This document shows, in pieces, positions 26,090 to 39,799 of a DNA stretch of 61,753 bases. Both the position numbers and the translations under genes were made by a program. The stretch is from Trichoplax sp. H2 (Eukaryota): positions 62,001 to 123,753 of the forward strand of contig NOWV01000212.1 in assembly GCA_003344405.1 (NCBI GenBank), in the 5' to 3' direction. The notes below the pieces were generated by a model. The model had not been told where the DNA came from. It searched no databases and saw only the letters and a list, made by a program, of their open reading frames with translations. Numbering within the stretch: the stretch's first letter is position 1; each line of letters opens with the position of its first letter.

Positions 26090-27499
26090 GTTAGTCAATT
26101 GGTTTCTTCTCTTAAAGCTTTCCTCCTGCTAGTCAATAAAAATCACCGAGGTAAGGACTTAAATGATTACGCTGTGAAATGGTTTAAAAAGGACTTATAT
26201 GCTACCTTGGGTCACCGAATATCATTTAATGGGTCAGAATCTTCTTTCGCGGCCGTTAGATTACAGAGGATGCAAACTAGAAATTGATGCTTGCAACCAT
26301 TTCATTGGATTAAATGGTTACCAGTTATTATTGGATATCAAGTTGTTGTTTATGTCCGTTTAGCAAGCCTCTGTTTATTTATTTGATCTTTCCGATATTG
26401 CTTGAGAAAAAGTGTGCTCAACTTTTCAATGATTGGGTCGTAGCTCTGTCACAATAAGATACCGATTTACTTTAGATTAATAGTCTAGGATTATGAAGCA
26501 GAGAACTGTGCTATCAACTTTGTTATAGAGGCATTATTGGTATTTTTCGCTCGTCACTATTCGTTATTATAAAATGTTAGAGCAGAAATTATTCATAATG
26601 CTTGTCATACTGCGCAATTTGGAGGCCAAAATATATCTAATTCAAGGTTTTAGCGAGTGTATGCTTTTCTGTTCATCATTTAAATTTTAGGTTATACTCT
26701 GCTATATTGACATGTAAAGCTAGACAGGAGGCTTTACCTTTGTGAACAATTTTATATTATGATAACGAGGAGTGTGAAAAATTTCGATCATATCTTGTTA
26801 GATCAAGCTATACCCTAACGTTATCATTAGGTAAGAAATAATCGCGGCATCCGTAATTTTGGTGTTACTATGCCGAACTCATAATAAGAGAATTCTACGT
26901 AGTTGACAACTTCGTGTTTAAATTAAAATTTGAAGAAAGCTTAGAATATCATTGCAGAATTCATATCCACCTTGCCATACCCGCCGTAGCATATCGAGTT
27001 ATGCCATGCAAATAAGAGCTAATGGGAAATTTTTGTGTAGTCAACAAATTGGATAAATCAAATTCTGTAATATAAATCTTGTAATAAAGTGTCTTCTCAA
27101 AAATACAGCATGAGCTACAGTTTCTTATAAATTTCACTTTATTACATAAGATTAGGTTCGTCTCCTAACTACCAAGGACTATCTAGTTTCAATAGGACTA
27201 TCTTTTACAGCGAAAGTTCGCGGTTTATATACTCTTTATTACAGAATGAATTTTACACATTGCAATCATATCTTGCTAATTAAGTCGCAAGATAGCAGTC
27301 TTTCATCGCGCAAGCTATTCATTATTCACGCGTCTAATTAAAGCGCCACAAAACAACTCTCTGAGCACTAACATAATTTGCACTATCTATTATTATCATG
27401 AAATCTTAATATAAACATTTCAATAGTATCAAGGTGATACGCATGTAAACCTTTGCTTCAAATAGATATCTTCAAAATCATACTGTCTAACAAATGAGT

Positions 27500-28290
27500 A
27501 CTACTACTCTCGTAGAGTCTTACAATCATATTCCAAGCAATATTTGGGGATGCACGATAAATTTAAAGAAATACCGGTGGCGGTCAACAATTGAGATAGT
27601 ATACTCGTTCTTCTAATAGTTTTACCCTTTTATGGCCTCTATGCATTGCTTTTTACTGGCTACGTTAACTATTCTTTTCTAGTCATGGCCGCAAAATGAA
27701 AAGTTTCAGACAAGTGCAAATAGCCCAAATACTTTTGCAACGTTGAGAAGGTCCAACAAGATTTGCTATGTTGTGAACTCTATTCTATACATTTATGATG
27801 TGATCTAGAATAGTGGGTAAAATCCAGGTAGGAAATGTGACATTCTTGGAAATTGCTTGCATGTCTGATGTAGGACTGGCGAATTTAATGAAAGACAGTA
27901 GCTATAATTATATTGTCGGCTTGTAGTCGCTAGACAACTATTCTCGTAGCCAGCTAAATAACCTTTCCCTTGATGGAGGTATTTCTTCAACTCGACGCAA
28001 GTTTTGGTCATATTTTGGTAAGCAAAGGCTGAAGAGTCAGCTGAGCATGAAGGTAGATAACTTTGGCAAAGGCAGTTTTGAGTAGTCTTTTTATACTATG
28101 GTGATAGTTTTCGAATCACCATCAATTCATATGTGCTTTTAACAAATGAATAAATATCGTTCAAAGCTTAAAAGGTTGCAACACTGTATGTTTTAGGTAG
28201 ATTACAATGTAGCCGGAGGATAGCTTCTGATCGAACACAAGATTCCCATTTCTCCCATGACCAATATACTAATGTTATATTCAGTTCGTA
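27500..28290 (-). pseudogene. Twin Frizzled-like CRD paralogue D, decayed pseudogene
   Basis: Minus-strand translation across stops and frameshifts gives WESCVRSEAILRLHC...NCLCQSYLPSCSADSSAFAYQNMTKTC...YC...TCKQFP/NVTFPTWILP...QRCKSIWAICTC/FSFCGHD*KRIVNVASKKQCIEAIK. A GT donor at ~27625 sits at the family exon-2 end, and a possible exon-3 remnant (CIPKYCLEYDC) lies near 27510-27555. Confidence 0.8.
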
Positions 28291-30300
28291 TATTATACTT
28301 GCGAAGAGGCTACATTGAGGCAATTGAGAGCACAAGGTAGCATTAATACTATCTTTAAATTCAAAGTACACGGCAAGGAATAAAAAATATACAAAGCCAA
28401 AGAATTTTTGATTTAGAATGATTTTAATTAATTATTTAACTATCACATATAAGTAATATCTTTGATGATAATATTGATACTCTGCTTTTACGTGAAGCAA
28501 ATTAATTACTAAAACTAAACCCGCTCATACCACTTTGCCAACATATTAATCAATTTCTGATGTCCAGGAAATGAACTATTGCAATCAAATTATGATCATA
28601 ATACAGCAATGTAAATAATTTCAGTGGATGCAGCATTCGTAGGATGAGTCTTCATGATAAACACCTAGCTATTATTTATGTTTTACTATAATTAGTGATG
28701 ACTTTGTAAACATAGCACATACACACCAGTGCCCACTAAAACGAGCATTTTCCCTCCTTATGATAGTAAGGAACAGTAAAACAAGATAGAAAAATTGAGG
28801 GAACAAGAACTGCTATTTTTAAAGATGGGCCAATCGATACCAACCAAGATTATGTACTCATTTGCCACGTGGAAAAACTGCTCAAATAGGAATACCGGTT
28901 GTAATCAATTTTATATTTCAAATTTCCTAATCCCAACACGATCATATCCTTGTAAGAGTGGATTAAGGAGGAGAATAGAAAATGTTTCAATAATGAGAAA
29001 TGGCGATACTACCTTCAGCCATCAAAGAAAGAAGTATTGATACCCAGATGAGCTGCTAATAAATAAATCTCCTTGCTGTTGGAGAAGAATACCTTAATTG
29101 GATGTACAAAATTATTATCGTGAAATTGAGCAATAAACTTGCTAATATTCTAAGGTCAATCCTAATGTAATAAAAGTGTCTCACAATAATGGTCTTATTC
29201 AAATGGTGTTTTCTAAAAGGCTTTTACTACAAGGTTTTTAAGAATAGTAGAGCAATAATCAACCACAGCAAAAATCTAATCTAAAATTTAAAATATTCCG
29301 AGCTCAAAGTGAAGTGAAGCCTCTCTTTCCTATGTAAGCTCATCTCCACAGTTCCTAAATGCATTTCCATCGTTGTCAGCAATATTGCTTATAGGATTCT
29401 CAACTTCTTTAGAAGCTGTAAACTACTTTTCAAATCTACTATTATGCAAACTGTAAGTCCTTTCAATAGAATAAGAAATTCAATTTAATGACTGATTTCA
29501 AGCTGTGCTACAGTCTACATTTGGCATGCAGGTGTGCAATTCAATCAATAAATTCTGATCTGTTTAATAATCAATTTTAGACCAAAATAGGACCGATTTA
29601 AGTCTGGGCATAAATAGCGCTTTTAAAAGCAGTGTTATCACTTAGAAATGATCCATTATAACAGTAAAACTTATAATTTATTCAATCCCTGATATTTCGT
29701 TGGATAACCTTCAAGCTTCTTCGATATCTTTGTAAAGTATCGGCCTTAAGGCTTTGAATAATGTCGATATATTTTTCATCATCAATTGCGTCTAAATTTC
29801 CATCGGTAAACTAAACGATTCTATGATAGCAGTTAAAATTAAAATTATCTTTATAGATACCATTTATCTATAGACAGTATGAATGCCTTCGGATTAACGC
29901 TAAATAGTGTCAATTTGAGCTAGATATAGAATTTTCTCTAAGGTTAAAGTGCTTTTGGGCTTGAGTTTTTAATTATGAACATTATTCAATATCCGATTAA
30001 AAGTAACCAACAAAAATAAGTTGCAATCGTAAAATTGTATTTAATTTTGAATACTTTCGAAATTGAAGATGTATTGATGTAATGATATAAGGTTGACAAA
30101 GAATTTCAGCAAATTCCTTAAATTAAAGGCCTTGTATTTTCATAGAAAAGACTTCAGTATTTTATAAAAAGTAAAGTGTATGTAGAAGATTAGGCCGCAG
30201 CTTGATAATAAAACGGTTATTCAACCCTAAACAGGCTTAAAAATTTTAGCAGATTACTTAGAATTCCATAGTGTTTATTTTTCTGGCAAATAATTTATAA

Positions 30301-30341
30301 CTTATATTTATATTTGTATTTGTATTTATATTTATATTTAT
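30301..30341. repeat. Imperfect (TATATT/TGTATT)n microsatellite
   Basis: ttatatttatatttgtatttgtatttatatttatatttat read directly. Confidence 0.7.
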
Positions 30342-32479
30342 AATTGCACGGAACATAATTTTTATGTTGCCTATTGGCCTGTGGTTTGATTATGAATAAT
30401 TGATTAGATAAATGGATTACGAAAAAATTATAATCGATACTTTTGAATTGCGTAGTATTTATTTTTCTTTACTGATTAAAAATCGATTCACATTCTGATG
30501 CTAAAAATACTTATACCCAATTAAATTCAACTGATCTCATTCCCTACTGGTAAAGTAAATAGGAGTCAGTTGATGTAATCTCATTAAGTATAGCACGATA
30601 CAATTTGGCTCATTTTGCATCAATTCCAAGTTTTAATCGCTTCTTTCCATGATAACTATTACGGTAAGAAAATATTATGGGTAATAAGAATTCACACATC
30701 AGTGATGGAATCGTCTCATCTTAGAATATCCATAAATATTTTTTAGACTTTAGCATACTTGTAAGTGTAAATAATAAGTAAGTAATAGCTATTCCATTAT
30801 TGTACTTATAATGGCATTGAAAATAAGGTAAGTTCAATTTCAGGAATGAAATAAGACATACTATTGACAAGTCATTGCAGCGATAGAGATGCAGACATGA
30901 ATTGGGCCTTAGTAGCGGAAAAATATGAGATGGTAAATAAGTATATGTTGCCTTTTCCAATGCGATATTCATTATGGCACAGTATTCAATTTCAGTACTA
31001 ATACAATAAAGGATCAAATGGACAAATTATTACAAAAATAAAGGTGTGGATGTATATTGCTTATAGTAGCGTAAAATATGGGATTATCAATAAAAAGTAT
31101 AATTATACATATTCAATTCTCTATTACTGTAGTTTTATTGATATTACATCTAAGTAGTAGAAATATAAGAGATCATCTGTACAAGTTACTACAAAGATAT
31201 AGATGAAGATGATTGTCCTTGATAACCTAAAAATATCGTAAATAATGTAAAGATACATATTAGGTACTCCAATATACTATACTACACGTGTAATAGTATT
31301 AAATCTCGCTGATAATATGTGTATCCAAGGACAAGCTACTATAGAGAAAGAGTTGTAGATTTCGACTGTTATAAGTAGTATAAAGATATAGCTATCAAAT
31401 AAAATGTATATGATAGGTATTTCTGTATTAAACCTAAGAAATAATAAGAAATCAAGTAGTAATGGACGAGAAACTATTGAAAAAATGAATACCTTTGAAA
31501 TCGAACTTATATTGGGTTTAGGGTAGAACACTAGTTTATTATAATTTGTAACACCCAGTTTATCTTTATTACCATGTTTAAAAGTATTATAAAAAGGTAG
31601 ACTACGAATTTGACCAACTAAACTATTTAACTCGAAGGAGACTATTCTTAAATCCCAAAAATGGCTTAATTCTAAGTCTTCTTACTTCATACTTTCTTGA
31701 GCTACTTGACTACTGAGCCACATTTTCTTGTAAATGCTGCTCAAGCATTTAGTGATATCAGATATTAAATTTATTACTTTAATTACTCTAAATCAACCAA
31801 GCTATTAATTAAGTAGGATTAGATAAATGATATCCTAAATATGCGAAAAGACATATGCGAGAAGACCTAATTAATGAAAATCTTTATTGAACTTTAAATT
31901 GTAACTTTTTGCTGTTTATAACAACTATCTATAAGAAAAATAAGACAGAATCATAATTTCTTCGATATGATACTCGGATCAAAATTTTCGGGTTTATACT
32001 ACTTTCAATAGCAAAATAGTGTAATTCGTACTGCACTTTAGAATCAAAATTAGCTTCCAGTTTTATCAAAATTGTAGCGTATATGCTATGCAGATTAAAT
32101 ACACATATATTCCTTCAATTACAAACTTACATTACATCCTTTTTACCAAAATGAATCTGCTGATTGTTCGGCAGATCCACGCGAATAAAGTAGAAGTTAA
32201 GTTTGTAATATACTAAGATATCAAGTAAAATCGAATGCAATCAAATCAAATTAGCTATTTTAAAGATATGATACTTATTATAACGCTAAAGCTTAAAGAA
32301 GTATTCTAAAAATTAAACCTTCATTACGATGCTATGGAAAATTTATGACTGAAATAGAGATGTTGGTATAGACTATCCTTACTGAAGTAAGAATACGGAT
32401 AAATATTATAAAGACGAAATTGAACGACGAACAAATCTATTTCTCAGGTAATTTTTCAAATCTGTAGCGAAGTTATCTT

Positions 32480-35400
32480 TTAATTTCCAGTACAATTTAT
32501 AAGAAGATGTATTAATTGATGTGGTACTAAGAATAACAAAATCAAAGCGGTAGCATTGATTAACCCGATTTGGAAGGATAACGAAGATGTTCCATTGGTT
32601 TCAGAAGTTACATTTGGATAGTAATTGCAGAATTGACGTTTACGTAAATTGATTCTTGTCTTTTCTGGCAGACTAATAATTAAAAAAGCAAGATTAGATC
32701 AATAGCTAGAGTCTAAGGAATGATTGGAATACACATAGTATGAGTTTACAGTATTTTATCATCTAGAGTTATTGCCATGACATTGAATGTGGCGACTTAA
32801 GTAGGAAGTAGTTGAATAGCAAAATAAGGATAAAAGAATTTCATACGTAATCAATTTAGAAATGATGAATTTTTGCAGTTCTATACGATGAAGTCAAATC
32901 CATACTGTGGTTTACGAAACGTTATAAAGCTGGAGAAAAAAATTATAAGTCAACATTGAATTTGGTTTCTTTCACTCTTTTATAACCACCAGTATTTTCT
33001 GAATAATCAACTAGCTTCCATGAAAGCTACCCGAGGTATTACAATTGGGGTTGCTCGTGATAGCTTATAGTTTTTAAGCTTAATGACGGTCTTACTATTT
33101 AATGATATTCAATATAATCAATGCAATCCACAATGATCAATTGGCTTTCATTCAAACCGTCTGATAGGGTGCAATTGAATTTTATTTCAATAGCTTTTAA
33201 TTGTTAATTTAATGACAGCAATATCGATCGGAATGTTCATGCAACTTGTTCACTAATATTCAATATAATCAATGTTATTTAGAAGGCTCAACTTGCTTGC
33301 ATTAGAGATATCTGATATACTAATATTGAACTTTATCTTGATTACTTTTAATTTTAAAGCTCATTAACAGTCCCTATTGATCGGTAAGCTCTTGCAATTT
33401 GCTAGCTAAGGTAATATTCGACATATTTAATGCGATCCAGAATGATTAAGATGCTTCCAGTTAAGCTATCGGATATACTACAATTGGGCTTCATCTTGAT
33501 ATCTTTCAGTTTCAACGCTTAATAGCAGTTCTATCGAACGGCATTTCAAAGTAACTTATTTACGAATATTCAATACGATAACGCAATCCTGTAAAGAGGG
33601 GATCTATGGAATACCCTAGAAAAGGCTATTATTAAGGTAAGGCATTGCTAATAGAAAGGCTTTGGTTAGTATGAGTAATCATAATGGAGTTGATGAATTC
33701 TTCTACACTATTAATGACTTCATTTCGCTAGTTGCACAAGTATTTTACATTAAATATAAATAAGTTTATGATGCCTGCATAAGCTATAAGAAGCTTAAAT
33801 TAATTTTTTTTTAAACTTTACATGCCTAAAACGTCTCATTTTCTTGATAACTAGCAAATTGTTTCAATTTTGGATCAATTACTCCATCTTTAGTTATTAG
33901 CGCCAGAATATGTTTTAGTCACCATCAACTTGATTCATATTCAATTTATCACTGCGACAACTAGTAGAAATGGAATATGAAGTTATTCACTTACCAAGCA
34001 ACAGCATTTTGACATTGCTGCCAGTCAAAAAATACTTTAATATGTTTTCGATCCTGATCACATACTGGAAATCGATGGCAGAAGAACTGGGCTGCCGTAT
34101 CCATACATCTTTGGGTGATACCATTGGATTGGGATATTATACTCAAGAACTCTTCTGCATTATCAAGTAGTTCTGGCATCTTCTTAGCCAATGCAACGGG
34201 AAAAAGGAATCCATCTGGATATGGACTGCAATAATGATGCTGGATATTGGTTCGATTATAAGCAGTACAATAATCAACTACCACGTATCTGTGACGTGTT
34301 GATTGGCAGTCAGCGATTAGATCAGCAAAAGGCAGATTAATTTCATTAGAACATTGAATCAATTCATGGCATTGATCTCGTAAATCGAACGTTATGTAAT
34401 GGGATAAATCATGAGAGCATTTTGGAAACGAAAATCGACACCAAATTTTACGAATGATAGAGAAACATCGACCTAAAGTTGGTTTTTGATAATTTAATGT
34501 TCGTATGAAGTCATACACATAATGTTTTTTTTGGTATAAAGAAAGTAATACATTAGGAACATAATAATGTAGTGAGCAAAATTGTTGTATATTATTATCC
34601 GGTTTGCTACATCCTTCTGTTTCGCCAATTACCCATTCTTGTGTTTTATTTTGAAATAGCTCGTTGTCTTTTTTAGCCTAAAAAAAAGAATTGTCAATTT
34701 TTATGCCTATATTTTGTCAATGATTAAGGTTATCTAGTTATATCATCATAGTCTATTCCAAGTATTGTTGTCTTGGATAGCGATCATTACTGTTGCATTT
34801 CATTACCACTTCTAGTTCATTTTAGAATGAATAAGCAAATAACAAGAATTCTATTACGCCAACGGACGATTTTATTTTAAAGACATTAAGGAAAATAAGC
34901 TCGATTCGATATCAAGTATACCATAAATGGGATTAATCTTCAGTGTGAAGAGTTTTCAAATGCATGTGGAGATACATGAAGGAAATGATATTATTCTTTT
35001 CTAACATTAAATTTGGCAATATGTTTAAAAACGAGCTAGTAGTCAGAATATATTTCATTTGCCGCTTAGATTCCTTTGCCAATAGGTAAATACATACTGT
35101 AATATCGCAGAATATTGGGTGCATGTATTAAAAATGCTAGTACCTGTAGTATCCGAAATATTTACAAATCCATGGATTTCCAGTTGGCTAAATCTAATCA
35201 CCCTGGCCTTTTCGATTTTGATTCTTGACTAGATACTACCTCGATAACTACCGTATAAGGAATACTCAAATAAAACCTATGAACTATTAAACTTGAACCT
35301 TCATATTACAGTAACTAGATAGTTATTACTAGATAGATGATAGATCCCTTTACATAACCCTTATTTTACTGCAAAGTAGCCTATTGGATAACTATTGAGA

Positions 35401-36448
35401 ATTGGATTGGTATAGTTCAAAATTGCCTAGACAAAATATAATCACGCTGTTCTACAGACTAAGCGCAAATGCATTAACAGCAACTATTGTAAGCTGGTAT
35501 TAGATTTAAAATCAATTTGTTTACAAATCGCAATAGCCATTTTATAAGAACGTTTTGTAATTTACATGTGATTAGCTAATTGAATCTCTATGAATTGGAT
35601 TAATATAATTTAAAATCAAGAGAGATAAAATGGGATGTTGTCCTTTCAAGAGCAAATGCAATAACTGTTGTAAATTGGTATTTGGCACTTTCCACTAGTG
35701 ATAAAGTAAGTCTGCACACGTCAACGCTTACGAAGAACGCATCTTACTGACTTATAGAGACGAGATGAGCTATATCAACAAATAGTTCAGTTATAACGAA
35801 CGAATACTGTAGTCTACGTAATAGTATTACATCAAAATCAATTTTTACGTAGATCACAACTAGGCTTATTATAAAATAGTTTTGTAATTTACCACTAATG
35901 AGGTCATTGGAAATTAATTAAAAATTAAATATGATTAAGGACTAAAGAGAAAGAAAGAAATAAGATCTAACGTTCTATGGACTAAGCGCAAATAGGATAA
36001 TTATTGTAAATTGGTTTTGGATTCAAAATCAATTTCATCGTGGATTACCATTAGCCTTTTCGATATTATGGATAAGGTACTTGATTTGATTTATCTAAAC
36101 CATTAATAATAATAATTATCACTAATAACTAAATGTAAATAATGAACTGAAGATACCCCTAACAAAATCGTTGAATACCGAAATTAAAAATTTTTTTTTA
36201 ATTGTTATAGAGATTTTAAATACGAAAAGTCAACTAACGTGATTGTAAATGTGCAGACTTTCATTGATATTTTTCATTATATTAAAAGTTGCTTCTGCAA
36301 AGTCTCCATGGTAGTCGCCTTTCTTCAGCATAGAAGTAGAGCCAGCGACAAATGGAGCCATGTTTAACCCTTGATAGCTGATCGAAGATGGTATCAATAA
36401 GGTCAAGTTGACGAAAGTGATGGTCATCAGTCGTACAAGGGACGTCAT
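32480..36448 (-). CDS. Twin Frizzled-like CRD, putatively GPI-anchored protein, divergent paralogue E (3 coding exons, 361 aa)
   Basis: Exons 36448-36239, 34677-33995 and 32672-32480 with GT-AG introns of phase 0 and 2 give an open frame. Hydrophobic N-terminus. All 16 Cys are retained (RC-x8-C-RFSFPKC; RC-x8-C-HRFPVC; FCNYYP). The tail is NGTSSLSFQIGLINATALILLFLVPHQLIHLLINCTGN*. Confidence 0.8.
33040..33590. repeat. Degenerate tandem repeat, ~150 bp x3-4 (intron 2 of paralogue E)
   Basis: atattc(a/g)a(t/c)at...aatg at ~33105, ~33256, ~33414 and ~33566, with shared gatat/caattg/aatgacag motifs between them. Confidence 0.7.
35445..36060. repeat. Degenerate repeat copies in intron 1 of paralogue E
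   Basis: gttcta..gactaagcgcaaat...attgtaa.(c/t)tggt.tt.gatt.aaaatcaattt occurs at ~35448 and ~35972, with partial copies between. Confidence 0.6.
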
Positions 36449-36499
36449 CTTAGGCAGTTATCCAATTTAAGGCAATGCTTTGTCGAAATATTTTCTTGA

Positions 36500-38000
36500 A
36501 TGAAATATTTCAATCTTGACTCAGCTATTTATTTATTGCAGCGATTTAATGTAGCCCATCTTGCATCATTAGAGCTGTTGATTCTGTAAATAAATATGTA
36601 CTGATGAATATTGGAATCCAATTAGAATATTTATTTAATCATTGAAGGGTAAAATGTGTTTGTCATCTTTGATTGTATCTTAACATCATTGGCTTAATCT
36701 TTAGACGCTAATCAAAATGTCGTAATTATTTCTTATAATTAATTTAGCATCAGTCGAATTGTTGATTCTATGAATAACACTGTACTGATGACTGTTAAAG
36801 TCCAATTAGAATATTTATTTAGCCATCGAAAGGTGAAAATATTTTTACTCATTTTTGACTGAGTCTTCTAAACGTTGATATTCCAATCTTCATAACTTAC
36901 GAAAATAGATAGACTCTGAAGATGCAGTAGCTATTTTCTGAAGTCAATGGTGTATCAATTAAGTCATCGATTCTATGAATAACATTGCACTAATGACTTT
37001 TGAAATCCAGTTAGAGTATGAAATCGTTGAAGGGTAAAACGGTGTTTCTGATCATCGACTTTATCTGATAACTTCAGCATTCTAATCTTCATACATTAAT
37101 TATGAAGAATGAAAAAGCTATTTCCAACCCTTATCCCTTACTATCAGTATTGCAATCTCCACACATTTACTTAAATGTTGAAGCTATTTTCTCTAGTTAA
37201 TCTAGGATTAATGATGTAATCGTTTATTATCTATAGTATTATTGTTTATTTTATCATTGATCGCTAAAATAGTGTTTCTTAATATCAATATTCTAGTTTT
37301 CATACATAAATGTAAGCCAGACTGTCGTAGCGATTTCACTTACATCAATGTTGTATCAATCGAGCAATCAATTTTCTAAATAAGATTGATGAATGAATGT
37401 TAAATTTTTAAATCTAAATAAAATATTTATTGAATCATTCAAGGGTTAGATGTCTATCTCATATTTGATTCCATCAACTTCTTAATATTAATAATCCAAT
37501 CTTCTGAAACTAACCAAAATGTAGCTGCTATTTCCTATAATCGGTCTTACATTCATGCTATTGATTCTATAAATAACACTATGCTGCTAAATTTACGTAG
37601 AATGTTTATTAAGTCATTGATGGGCAAAACTTTTTTTCTCATCTGGACTATATCTTCATAACATCAATATTTCAATTTTCATACTAATCAAAGCGTAGTA
37701 ATTACTTGTTGTAGTCAATCACATATCAATCGAGCTATTGATTCTATAAATAACATTTTTGTTTATTGAATCGTGAATGGGTAAAGTGATGTTTATCATC
37801 TTGGACTCATCTCTTAACGTCAATATTCTAATTTTCACTCATATACGTAAGCCTGACTATCGCAGCAATTTCCTGTAAATCAATGCTGCGTCAATCCTGC
37901 TATTAACTCTATAAATGATATTATGTTAGTGACCGTTGGAATGTGGTTAGAGTATTTATTTAATTATTGAAGAGTAAACAGTGATTTTCGTGTTTGTTTG
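36500..38000. repeat. Degenerate tandem array, ~180-200 bp x ~7, directly upstream of paralogue E
   Basis: gattctat(g/a)aataaca...tagaat.tttatt.aatcattgaagggtaaaa...tcat.ttt.gact...caatatt.caat.ttc recurs at ~36578, 36762, 36968, 37365, 37560, 37738 and 37903. Confidence 0.8.
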
Positions 38001-39799
38001 TATACTGACAGTAGATGATAGCAGTCAGAACTTTATATATAACTACAAATGTTGGATAATTTGGTGCTCTTGCTAATGTTAATCATGTTGATGATGCTGT
38101 TATCGACGTTTTGTTACAAGATTTCGGACTTTATTGCTCAATAGTGATTGATCTCGGTTGATGATGCTAGATAGCTACATGAATTTTGTTCGACAAGACT
38201 ATCGAAGTCTGCTTCTTGAAATTCCAATCTTCCTTGATAATGGTTTCTATTCCATTGCAGGAATAATCTGCTATAAACATGAGAGTTATTTTCGATTAAT
38301 TTGTTGTCATAGTTTCATCTTGACAAATCATCGCCAATTTAATTCGTAATCGATCAACAACTCCTTACCCTAGCAAAAGATGGTGAGTTAGCTTAATCAA
38401 TCCCATTCTACTGTATTACAGTAATCACTTGCAAGAATTTGTATACAGGTGGATAGATTGACGTTGACCATAGATGAATTAGAGCTGCTGATCAAAAAAG
38501 TAGGGAAATCGTAAATACTAATTTTGCTTTACTTGATGCTATTAGTAATTCCGTAGAGTAATAATTTAAAGACGTGATTAATGAAGTAATAAATACAGCC
38601 AGCGGTTTGAGGAAATATTCCAATCTACGATGATTGCTTAAATTATTTATACTTTACATATCGTCAATTATCCTAGAAGCCCAATGACTATCGATTCATT
38701 TTAAAGAAACATCAAAGATCCCATGTTACCTTTGGTATCAAGTATTTTGTATTGATAATAGCTTATAATAGTCTATAAGTAGCAAAAAAATGTTGCTATT
38801 GAGATAGTAAATGGAATTTTCTAACGGTATGCTTTCAAGAAGATATCATTTCCTCTACTAGCTACTCTAGCCTTTTTCATCATTTCTAAATTATTGTATA
38901 CCATTTTGATCTTTTATTAATTATTTCATAATTATAGACTATAATTCATAGTGCATCGTAGGATGAATTCAAATCTTCCCTACTTTTGTCTAAACTTTGA
39001 AAAATAAACTTCCCTATCTTCAAATTAACATGGTAGAAGTAGTTGTAAAATTCCCTTATACGGTAAATAAACTGAAACAGCATGGCATCATAGGCTGGAA
39101 TAAACAGCTACGGCAATATAGTTTTTTTTAATTTTCAACTTACTGGTTGATGATAATTAGCGGTTGGGAATTATGTCAATATTATCATTATCATCTTGAT
39201 CGTAAAATAGATTGGGTATCGCGCGAGCAATCATAGCTTTAGGTGCACCCTTCATTATCATTTCTTTAATCACAGATTTAATTAAATGAAAGACTATTCC
39301 TTCAAATGTACCTCCAAAAATGACATATGAGCCGTTGGTATATTTAGTACAGTGTAAGGTTGATAGATCAAGAATCTTCAAGACTTTAGAAAATTAAGAT
39401 TTATTGAGCAAAACCTCGTTTACAAAGATACAACATAATCGATCAGCCGAAGACCTCTATCAACAAAGAACTATTTTATTGTACTACACTATTCGCTTAT
39501 ATACTGAAAATTTCCATGTTAACAATCTTAGCACCTCACTTACTACACTCTTCAGTATTAGCATCTCAAATACAGGATAGTTTACACCTTTCATGTGAAG
39601 CTCTAGTGAGAGCACTGTAACACTCCTCTTCAACAGGGTACATTTACTAAGCTAGCTATATTCAATACTTAAGCCTCTGATGGAATATCTATCGTACGTT
39701 GAACACGATAATTACAGTAGACATTACTAAATATGTTATCAGCTTAGAATACAATATTACAGTGTTTTACATACAAGAAAAGGAAACTATTCATATGCG

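Noticed and set aside
38050..39400. Short ORFs 38158-38349 and 39157-39381 and nearby splice-like signals
   Set aside because: No recognisable domain or consistent exon chain.
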